Assembly: GCF_000013905.1 (NCBI RefSeq)
Contig: NC_007969.1
Location: 1,860,001 to 1,892,000, forward strand
Length of the DNA stretch: 32,000 bases
Origin: Psychrobacter cryohalolentis K5
GTDB taxonomy: Bacteria; Pseudomonadota; Gammaproteobacteria; Pseudomonadales; Moraxellaceae
Direction of reading: 5' to 3'
The notes below the pieces were generated by a model. It was not told the origin of the DNA. It did no database searches and saw nothing but the letters and a program-made list of their open reading frames with translations. Position numbers and translations under genes: made by a program. This document shows, in pieces, positions 8,431 through 16,109 of the stretch. Every line of letters starts with the position of its first letter. The first letter of the stretch is position 1.

Positions 8431-10101
8431 CTATACCTCGCTCTGATTGGCATACATCTCACGCATCACTTTTTTATCGTGTTTACCAACAGAGGTCTTT
8501 GGTAGTTCATCTACAAACTTAAACTGACTAGGTATACCGTATTTTGGAATGATACCACGGGCCACTGCCTGCTCTGCCAGCGCTTTGATGTCATCAACTT
8601 TGGTATCTTGGCAATTTGGTTTGAGTACTACTAATGCTAATGGACGTTCGCCCCATTGCTTATCACGTACCCCAATCACAGACACATCCGCCACCGAAGG
8701 ATGTAGCGATAGAATCGTCTCAATCTCTAGTGAAGATATCCACTCGCCACCTGACTTAATCACATCTTTTAAGCGATCGGTGATTTTGATATAGCCATCA
8801 GGTCGTATATAAGCGATGTCTTGAGTATGCATGTAGCCGTTTTCCCACAGCTCTTTGCCAGCGTCATCATTTTTTAAATAGCTTTGGGTCAACCACGGTG
8901 CGCGTAATACCAGCTCGCCAGTATTATCCTGACCTGTACCAACTGGCTGATTGTTCTCTCCCCATACTTGAGCATCAACCATAAGTACAGGCTTACCCGT
9001 CATACAGCGGCGAGCAATATCCTCTTCTTCACTCAGCTGCGGCTCATTGAGGCTAAAGTCAGTCAGACTGATTAGAGGTGCGGTCTCCGACATCCCATAA
9101 CCGGTATAAACTTCAATACCCTGATCCATCGCCGCTTTTGCCAAGCCTTCTGTCAATCGTGAACCACCAATAATCATTTTTAGACCATTAAAGCTGGCAC
9201 CGCGGTCTTGCGCTTCTTTGAGTACCATTTGCAAAATTGTCGGTACACAGTGGGTGATGCTGACCTTTTCATTGATAATCAAATCCATCAACAAATCGGG
9301 TGCATAACGACCAGGATATACTTGCTTTAGACCTGTCATAGTAGCTGTAAACGGAAAGCCCCACGCATGGACATGGAACATCGGGGTCATTGGCATATAG
9401 ACATCACCATAGCTGACGCCTTGTTTATTTGGCAACATACCAATCGACGCTGCTTCCGTCAGGGTATGCAGTACTAACTGACGATGGCTAAAGAACACGC
9501 CTTTCGGATCACCTGTCGTACCTGAGGTATAAAAAGTTGTAGCAATGGTGTTTTCATCAAAATCTGGGAAATCAAAATGGTCATCAGCAGCATCAAGTAG
9601 CGCCTCATATTCACCTTTGACACGGTTCTGGTTACCCCCGAATACGCCCTCAGAGGTCACACCATTATCATCTAACCAAATAATATGCTCAATGCTGGAG
9701 TTTTCAAACTGATAATCTTTGACCAACGGCGCAAATTCAGAGTTGAGTAGCAGCACCTTTGGTTTCGCATGATTAATGGTGTAAAGGATTTTGTCAGGTG
9801 ATAGACGAATATTGACCGTCTGCAAAATATACTCTGACATTGGTACGGCAAAGTAGGATTCAAGATAGCGATGACTGTCCCAATCCATCACAGCAACCAC
9901 ATCACCAGCATCAAGGTTTAAGCCGTCTAAAACATTCGCCAAACGATTGATACGGTTAAACAAGTCTTTATAAGTAAAACGTTTTTTATCTGCATAAACG
10001 ATTTCTTGATCTTGTGATACGGTTTTGGCGCGGTTTAATAACTGCTTAACCAATAGCGGAAAATCATAGGCGGATGGCGCACTGTGATAGATATTTGACA
10101 T
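8431..10101 (-). CDS. medium/long-chain fatty-acid-CoA ligase (AMP-dependent synthetase)
   Basis: 556-aa ORF with YTSGTTGDPKG, GYGMSETAP, DRLKDVIKSGGEWISS and LPKTSVGKHDKK. It is collinear with the Thermus-type LC-FACS family. Confidence 0.8.
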   Translation of the reverse strand: MSNIYHSAPSAYDFPLLVKQLLNRAKTVSQDQEIVYADKKRFTYKDLFNRINRLANVLDGLNLDAGDVVAVMDWDSHRYLESYFAVPMSEYILQTVNIRLSPDKILYTINHAKPKVLLLNSEFAPLVKDYQFENSSIEHIIWLDDNGVTSEGVFGGNQNRVKGEYEALLDAADDHFDFPDFDENTIATTFYTSGTTGDPKGVFFSHRQLVLHTLTEAASIGMLPNKQGVSYGDVYMPMTPMFHVHAWGFPFTATMTGLKQVYPGRYAPDLLMDLIINEKVSITHCVPTILQMVLKEAQDRGASFNGLKMIIGGSRLTEGLAKAAMDQGIEVYTGYGMSETAPLISLTDFSLNEPQLSEEEDIARRCMTGKPVLMVDAQVWGENNQPVGTGQDNTGELVLRAPWLTQSYLKNDDAGKELWENGYMHTQDIAYIRPDGYIKITDRLKDVIKSGGEWISSLEIETILSLHPSVADVSVIGVRDKQWGERPLALVVLKPNCQDTKVDDIKALAEQAVARGIIPKYGIPSQFKFVDELPKTSVGKHDKKVMREMYANQSEV

Positions 10102-10353
10102 AAGTTTGACGTCCTTGTTTATAGTATTTTTGAGTGCAGATAAAAACCAATTGATTGGATATCAGTCGTGATTACATGGTGATGTTTTTATCAATAACCT
10201 CTTGATAGTAGGAAAAAACCAGCCTCATGTAAAGGCATGACACATAAGTGGCACAATACTCATCGTTCGAAAATAATCGTTTCTCAGTTGCTTAGCTTGT
10301 GATAGCTTATTTTATCTCTTCTGTTGGTTTGTCTGGTGTTAGCTTGTCTGGCA

Positions 10354-11592
10354 TTAAGCAGGACGCGATTTTGTTTTTATCATGCCAAAACTTGCGACCA
10401 AAAGTGCCAATACTTGTACAAATAATAATAGCCAAACGGTTAATGACCATTGTCCACGTGCATAAACGATACCGCACAGCCATGCACCCATCGTGCCGCC
10501 CGCATAATAAGCCATGTAATATAAACCTGAGGCTAATGAACGTCCGTTTTTGACATTGACGGCGATATAGCTAATGGTTGCCGCTTGGGTAACAAAAACG
10601 CCTGACGACATAATGGCAAGCCCAATAATAATGCCCCATAATGGCGTGACCAGCGTTAATAACGCACCAAGCATCGAAAAAATTACTGCCACTCGAACGG
10701 TGCGTGCTGCCCCAAATCGACGTAATAATGTCGTCGACAATGGCGTGATAATCACTCCGATTAAATACACCGCAAAAATATTGGCAAGCGCGCCAGTGCT
10801 AAGCTCATAAGGCGTGCCAGCAAGATGTAGATTGATAAAGGTAAAGCAACCAACGAGCGAAAAAAGCACACAAGCGCCGAGCAAACATGCGGTTACCACA
10901 TAACGATTGGTCAAATGCTCACCAAGCGTCTGCATCGCTGAGCGAAAATTTGGATTGGCTACAAAATGCCGCGACGATGGCAACATCTTGCCAACCCATA
11001 GTGCACCGATAAGCGTCATCGCTGCCATCACATAATAGCCTGCACGCCAGCCAATAAACTCGTGCAGATGCCCCAGCAAGAACCGCCCCATAAAGCCGCC
11101 AAGTACCGAGCCTGAGACATAGAATGACATAAGCTCTGTGACAGCTCGCCCCTCGAACTCCTCACCGATATAGGCAATGGTCACAACCGTAATGCCTGGG
11201 ACAGACAATCCTTGCATAAAGCGCCACATACCGAGCCAGCCAATACTAGGACTTTGGGCGATTAAAGCAGTAGGTATCGCTAAAAACAACAATGCCCCAA
11301 CGATAAAAGATTTGCGCCCGACCGCATCAGATAGCATCCCTAAAAACGGTGACATAATGGCAATCGCCATCACTGTTGCGCCAACAACCATCCCTGCCTG
11401 CACTTCAGTCGCTGAAAAATCTACCATCAATACTGGCAATACCGCTTGAATAGAATACACCTGCAAAAAGGCGAACATCCCAATCAGACCAATAGTTAAC
11501 TTCAGCACCCATGAAGGCGAATCAAAGGGTATCTTTGTCGTGTTGTTATTTATATGATTATTCAAAAGAGTACTGACTATAAAAAGGCTCAT
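10354..11592 (-). CDS. MFS transporter (YnfM-like)
   Basis: 412-aa ORF of about 12 hydrophobic segments. It has the MFS loop motif GMLSDAVGRK between TM2 and TM3 and the SRHF motif seen in E. coli YnfM. Confidence 0.75.
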   Translation of the reverse strand: MSLFIVSTLLNNHINNNTTKIPFDSPSWVLKLTIGLIGMFAFLQVYSIQAVLPVLMVDFSATEVQAGMVVGATVMAIAIMSPFLGMLSDAVGRKSFIVGALLFLAIPTALIAQSPSIGWLGMWRFMQGLSVPGITVVTIAYIGEEFEGRAVTELMSFYVSGSVLGGFMGRFLLGHLHEFIGWRAGYYVMAAMTLIGALWVGKMLPSSRHFVANPNFRSAMQTLGEHLTNRYVVTACLLGACVLFSLVGCFTFINLHLAGTPYELSTGALANIFAVYLIGVIITPLSTTLLRRFGAARTVRVAVIFSMLGALLTLVTPLWGIIIGLAIMSSGVFVTQAATISYIAVNVKNGRSLASGLYYMAYYAGGTMGAWLCGIVYARGQWSLTVWLLLFVQVLALLVASFGMIKTKSRPA

Positions 11593-12119
11593 TTAGCTTA
11601 GGCTAATTGGGCGTGGGTAATAGAAATATGGCAATAGTACATAAAATATCTAATCTAACAACTGTAAAAATCATGACTTAACATCAAAAAAATTTAATGA
11701 AGGCAATTTTAATCACAGTATTTTCCATTAAAGTCTTATTCACTAAAACAGCTGAGTTCCAAAGCCAATAATTCTCAAAAATTTAAGTTGCATTTTATCA
11801 CAGCACATAACAAACACAGGTTGCGCTATGTTACAAAACAGCATTCAGCACCATAATGGCAGTAGCCTGCAAATATAAGCCTATAACTATAAAAACGGCT
11901 TATAAAGCGCTCAATAATAAACCGTGGATAAACTCAATCGTCTCTTGAGTCAGCGCAGGTAGGGTGCTATTTTACAGTCCCTTCCAATGTATGGCGTTCA
12001 GCAGTAACACAAATGATGTTAAAATAACGATTTTTCCGTATTTTACCTACAGTATTGCCCGTAATTTCAGCCATATGTTGCCTAAAACGCTATGCTTAAT
12101 TTTAAAAAGGATGTAAGTC

Positions 12120-12542
12120 ATGATTAACACCAAAATATACAAGTCCGTTTATACCTTGGCTGAAAAGCTACTAGAAGCCGATAGAAAAGGACATCAAGAA
12201 GCCTTTAATTGGCTATATAGCGAGTTAAAAGCGATTTGTATCGATAATGAAAATACCGATAAAGACCATCCAGAGCAATGGGAAACGCTAGCCGACTTCA
12301 CTGCAGAGTTAGATGAAGCGTTGGTCATTTATGATAAGGCACTTGAAAAAGCCAAAGCTATCAACTCAAAAGACCATCTGTCATCCATTGCGTTTTCTAT
12401 GGCAGTTATCCAAGTTGAATTGGGGCAAAAAGAAGCTGCAATTACCAGCCTGCAGAACGCAAAAATTACCGCCAATAAAATCGAAGATAAAGAGTTTAAA
12501 GCGGAAATAGATGAATTACTTACCAAATTGTTAGAAGAATAA
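12120..12542 (+). CDS. hypothetical acidic all-helical protein (TPR-like appearance)
   Basis: 140-aa ORF with AAGGA 8 nt upstream of the ATG. Composition is protein-like, with helical heptad-like Ala/Leu/Glu/Lys patterns. I recognise no catalytic motif. Confidence 0.6.
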   Translation: MINTKIYKSVYTLAEKLLEADRKGHQEAFNWLYSELKAICIDNENTDKDHPEQWETLADFTAELDEALVIYDKALEKAKAINSKDHLSSIAFSMAVIQVELGQKEAAITSLQNAKITANKIEDKEFKAEIDELLTKLLEE

Positions 12543-12641
12543 ACAACTCAAACTTTCGATCCGGTGCCAACACAACATCAAATCAATACATTTTTACATT
12601 CGTATATTGATACACATCCTGCTATCTTTTTTATGGCAAAC

Positions 12642-12673
12642 TTTGTATATCTATAAATTTGTATATCTATAAA
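12642..12673. repeat. perfect tandem duplication of the 16-mer TTTGTATATCTATAAA
   Basis: Read directly. Copies at 12642-12657 and 12658-12673 are identical, and both are followed by T. It lies 79-110 bp upstream of the 248-aa ORF start. Confidence 0.9.
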
Positions 12674-12751
12674 TAGGCATAAGCGTTTATATATCAGCAA
12701 CCGTATAACCACTAAAATAGTTAAAAAAATAAACCATAAGGACGAGTATTA

Positions 12752-13498
12752 ATGAGCGATAAAATCATAGATTTGGGTGCAGGATTTTGGAACATTCGTG
12801 GTACGTTTCGTTTAGGCGGTGTGCTGAATATCGGTACACAATGCTCATTGGTTAAACTTGCCTCTGGACGATTTGTTTTTTTAGACAGCTACACCTTGAC
12901 TGATGACGTGCGAGCGCAAGTGATGGCACTGACTACTAATGGGCAAGATGTCGAAGCGGTACTTAATTTGCACCCCTTTCATACTGTCCATTGCGCGCAA
13001 ATGGCAAAAGACTTTCCGCAAGCGACTTTTTATGGCAGTAGTCGGCATCATAAAAAAGTGTCTGAAGTACAGTGGGCAGACGATTTGGTCGAAAGTGATG
13101 CGGTCGCTGAGCGTTATCCTGAGCTTAAATTCTCATTGTCACAAGGGGTTCACTATATCGCACCTAATGAGATGATTCATGCAGGTTCGCTGCTGGCATT
13201 CCATCCTGCTAGCAAAAGCTTACACGTCGATGATACTTTTATGAGTCCGCCGACAAAGCTATTAGAAGCGGTGTTACCTGAATTATTGCTACATCCTACT
13301 ACCAAAAAAGCACTAAAGAATGAGCCGAACGCTGGTAAAGAGTATTGTGATTGGGCGAGCAACTTGGCAGATGACTGGCGCGATGTACGCAACTTTTGCG
13401 CAGCACATTCTTATTTGGTTAAATTTAAAGATGGCGAGTTTGAGAAGGCATTATTAAAAGCGATTGCAAAAGCACGACCTAAGCTTGAAAACGCGTAA
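12752..13498 (+). CDS. hypothetical protein, possibly a DUF4336-like / metallo-beta-lactamase-fold family member
   Basis: 248-aa ORF with AAGGA 9 nt upstream. The pattern FWNIRG...G-rich...VKLASGRFVFLDSYTLT...LNLHPFHTVH...P.A.FYG resembles my recollection of DUF4336 proteins. The canonical HxHxDH motif is absent. A strong terminator follows. Confidence 0.6.
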   Translation: MSDKIIDLGAGFWNIRGTFRLGGVLNIGTQCSLVKLASGRFVFLDSYTLTDDVRAQVMALTTNGQDVEAVLNLHPFHTVHCAQMAKDFPQATFYGSSRHHKKVSEVQWADDLVESDAVAERYPELKFSLSQGVHYIAPNEMIHAGSLLAFHPASKSLHVDDTFMSPPTKLLEAVLPELLLHPTTKKALKNEPNAGKEYCDWASNLADDWRDVRNFCAAHSYLVKFKDGEFEKALLKAIAKARPKLENA

Positions 13499-13518
13499 TT
13501 GTTGATTGGATAAACGAT

Positions 13519-13550
13519 AAAAAAGGCTACCAAAATGGGTAGCCTTTTTT
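13519..13550. terminator. bidirectional rho-independent terminator
   Basis: AAAAAA-GGCTACC-[AAAATG]-GGTAGCC-TTTTTT. A 7-bp GC-rich stem is flanked by an A6 run and a T6 run. It can serve the plus-strand 248-aa gene and the convergent minus-strand small ORF / nsrR transcript. Confidence 0.8.
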
Positions 13551-13676
13551 ATCGCGAAACCCTGTTTGCAACGTCGGGGCAATTTGTATGGTACTGTCTT
13601 GAGTGGCGTTGCTAACCGTATCTAAACTTGAGCAACCTGTTAATAACATAACTGCCATAACAGCTGATGCGCTCAT
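13527..13676 (-). CDS. candidate small lipoprotein (49 aa), below the ORF-track length cutoff
   Basis: Hand translation gives MSASAVMAVMLLTGCSSLDTVSNATQDSTIQIAPTLQTGFRDKKGYPFW*. LLTGC matches the lipobox consensus L-[AST]-[GA]-C after a hydrophobic stretch. The stop TAG (plus cta at 13527-13529) lies inside the terminator stem. Weak points are the lack of an obvious SD and the lack of a positively charged n-region. Confidence 0.35.
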   Translation of the reverse strand: MSASAVMAVMLLTGCSSLDTVSNATQDSTIQIAPTLQTGFRDKKGYPFW

Positions 13677-13846
13677 TTTGCAAACGCATTTTATAGTATG
13701 ACTCTTTAATAATCTTGAAGTTAATTTAAATAATTCTCACTAGAATGGCATACTATTAATAGTAACTTCACAATGATGCTAAGTAGATCATAACATCCTG
13801 TCTTATTTAAATTGCCTTTCAAAATAGAGAAAATATGTTATGAAAA

Positions 13847-14392
13847 TTATGATAATAACGCTGCAAGCTCATCCTTATTCTCGATAATGTCTGCCAATGT
13901 ATAGCGTTCAAGCACGGCAATAAATGCTGTCAACGCTTCAGCAAGCACCTGTTTTAGCTGACAGACCGGACTGATAATACAGCCTGAAGCTATGTGACTT
14001 ACAGTTTCATCAATCAGTTTTAATGACATATCGTTGGCGCTAGCGTTCTTTTCATCATTTATTACAGCACTATTAATATCAGCGATCGAGCTGTCCAATG
14101 AGTTTGTAGAAAAGCACTCAACCAAAGCAAAATCCGGCTCTATCTTTTTAATCAATTCACCCAAATTAATGTCTTTTGGCGCGTGCGCTAAGCGAATACC
14201 GCCATTCTTACCGCGCACACTATCGATATAACCAAGCTGTCCGAGCTGCTGGATAATCTTGGTCAAATGACTTTTAGATATATGATAACTATTGGCAATA
14301 TCACTGATATTTGCCAATAGCGTCGGCTCGGGCTTAGTGGCCAAATATATTAACGAGCGCAGTGCATAATCACTGTAATTGGTCAATCGCAC
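13847..14392 (-). CDS. nsrR: Rrf2-family NO-sensing repressor NsrR homologue with a large internal insert
   Basis: GTG start with AGGAG 9 nt upstream. The N-terminus MRLTNYSDYALRSLIYLA...VRGKNGGIRL and the C-terminus CQLKQVL...LERYTLADII are collinear with E. coli NsrR. Asp8 and three Cys (C93, C138, C144) are present. Confidence 0.75.
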   Translation of the reverse strand: MRLTNYSDYALRSLIYLATKPEPTLLANISDIANSYHISKSHLTKIIQQLGQLGYIDSVRGKNGGIRLAHAPKDINLGELIKKIEPDFALVECFSTNSLDSSIADINSAVINDEKNASANDMSLKLIDETVSHIASGCIISPVCQLKQVLAEALTAFIAVLERYTLADIIENKDELAALLS

Positions 14393-14800
14393 CTTAAAGT
14401 GCTCCTATTTCTAATGGGTTATTCATTTATTCTAAGGGCTATGCTAGATAAGTAAAGTGATTTAAAACCGCTTTATAAAAAGAAATGGATTGAATGTGGA
14501 ATAACGCCCCAAGCTTATCGAATCAGTTATTATCCGCTCTCACAAAAACAGTAGAAATCTACTGCTTTCAGCGACTTAGACTATTCACGTATAAAAACCA
14601 TCAGGAGTCTAAATGTCTAAAGAGAGAAATAGAAGTTAATGAATGCTATTCTGGCGACAAAAGCACCCTATCGTTGTCTATTTTGAAGTGCTTCAACTAC
14701 AGTAGCTTAGCATAATAATGAGAACCAAAAAGGCAGCTAATACTGCTCGATGAAATTCCAATTAACCAGTATAACAACCTCACCCATATTCGGTTAAATT

Positions 14801-14809
14801 TGCTACAAT
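14801..14809 (+). promoter_or_regulatory. possible extended -10 promoter element (TGcTACAAT) for ychF
   Basis: TGCTACAAT lies 73 nt upstream of the ychF ATG. No good -35 is present, which is consistent with an extended -10 type. Sequence match only. Confidence 0.3.
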
Positions 14810-14881
14810 ACGCCCAATTTTGATTTACTATTTTACTAAGTCTTATATCAACTGATTTTATCAATATATTGAGAGCATGTT

Positions 14882-15973
14882 ATGGGTTTTAATTGCGGCA
14901 TCGTCGGTCTACCAAACGTGGGTAAATCCACCCTGTTTAACGCCTTGACCAAAGCGGGTATCGCCGCTGAAAACTTTCCATTTTGTACCAAAGATCCCAA
15001 TACGGGTATCGTTCCAGTGCCTGACCCACGCCTAAAGAAACTGGCTGATATCGTTAACCCTGAGCGCGTACTACCAACGACGATGGAATTTGTTGATATC
15101 GCAGGTTTGGTCGCTGGTGCGTCAAAAGGCGAAGGCATGGGCAACCAATTCTTAGCCAATATCCGTGAGACCGATGCGATTGCGCACGTGGTACGCTGTT
15201 TTGATGATGACAACGTCGTACACGTTGATGGTCGCGTTAGCCCTATCGACGACATCGAGACCATCAATACTGAATTGGCATTAGCCGATTTAGAAGCGGT
15301 TGAGCGCGCGATCTTTAACTTGACCAAAAAAGCCAAAGGCGGTGATAAAGACGCTGGCGCTATGCTTGATATTTTTAAGAAAATCGAGCCATTATTAGCA
15401 GAAGGTCAAGCCGCACGCGCCGCCAATCTTGATGCTGATGAGAAAAAACTCATCAGGAGCTATGGTTTAATTACTCTGAAGCCTACCATGTATATCGCTA
15501 ACGTGAGCGAAGATGGCTTTGAGAATAATCCATATCTTGATGCCGTACGCAACTATGCCACTGGCGAAGATTCTATCGTTATCGCATTGTGTAACCAAAT
15601 CGAATCTGAAATTGCCCAGCTTGATGAAGATGATAAAAAAGACTTCTTGGCTGAAATGGACATGCTCGAGGCCGGTCTTGACCAAGTGATTCGCGGTGGT
15701 TATGATTTGCTTGATATGCAGACTTACTTTACCGCTGGTGTAAAAGAAGTGCGTGCATGGACAGTCGCTGTTGGCGCAACCGCACCTCAGGCAGCTGGTG
15801 TGATTCATACGGATTTTGAGCGTGGCTTTATTCGCGCTGAAGTCATTGCTTATGACGACTTTATCGAACATAACGGCGAAAAAGGTGCTGCTGCTGCCGG
15901 TAAATCACGCTTAGAAGGCAAGACTTATATCGTACAAGATGGCGATGTGATGCATTTCCGTTTTAATGTTTAA
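14882..15973 (+). CDS. ychF: ribosome-binding ATPase YchF
   Basis: 363-aa ORF with the Obg-family P-loop [18 protein letters not shown] and the C-terminal TGS-like HFRFNV end typical of YchF. Confidence 0.95.
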   Translation: MGFNCGIVGLPNVGKSTLFNALTKAGIAAENFPFCTKDPNTGIVPVPDPRLKKLADIVNPERVLPTTMEFVDIAGLVAGASKGEGMGNQFLANIRETDAIAHVVRCFDDDNVVHVDGRVSPIDDIETINTELALADLEAVERAIFNLTKKAKGGDKDAGAMLDIFKKIEPLLAEGQAARAANLDADEKKLIRSYGLITLKPTMYIANVSEDGFENNPYLDAVRNYATGEDSIVIALCNQIESEIAQLDEDDKKDFLAEMDMLEAGLDQVIRGGYDLLDMQTYFTAGVKEVRAWTVAVGATAPQAAGVIHTDFERGFIRAEVIAYDDFIEHNGEKGAAAAGKSRLEGKTYIVQDGDVMHFRFNV

Positions 15974-16028
15974 TGCTTAACCTTTAATACTACACAGCAT
16001 GTTTACACAGTCTTAGCATAGAACAACC

Positions 16029-16057
16029 AAAAGCCAGTCTTGATGCTGGCTTTTTTT
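16029..16057 (+). terminator. rho-independent terminator after ychF
   Basis: AAAAGCCAG [TCTTGATG] CTGGCTTTT followed by TTT, giving a T7 run overall. It lies 56 nt after the ychF stop. Confidence 0.75.
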
Positions 16058-16109
16058 ATTATACTGGGAGCGATAACATTTAAATAATAAGAATAAAGGA
16101 TTATGCACT

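Noticed and set aside
11697-11771. 24-codon hydrophobic ORF (MKAILITVFSIKVLFTKTAEFQSQ) in the 527-bp intergenic region, considered as a type I toxin.
   Set aside because: It has no SD. The hydrophobic stretch is short and interrupted, and there is no obvious antisense RNA promoter/terminator pair. The evidence is insufficient.
14494-14715. 73-aa ORF in the nsrR-ychF intergenic region.
   Set aside because: It has no SD. Its composition is implausible (scattered Cys, and stop-rich neighbouring frames), and I recognise no motif. It is most likely a chance ORF in AT-rich non-coding DNA.
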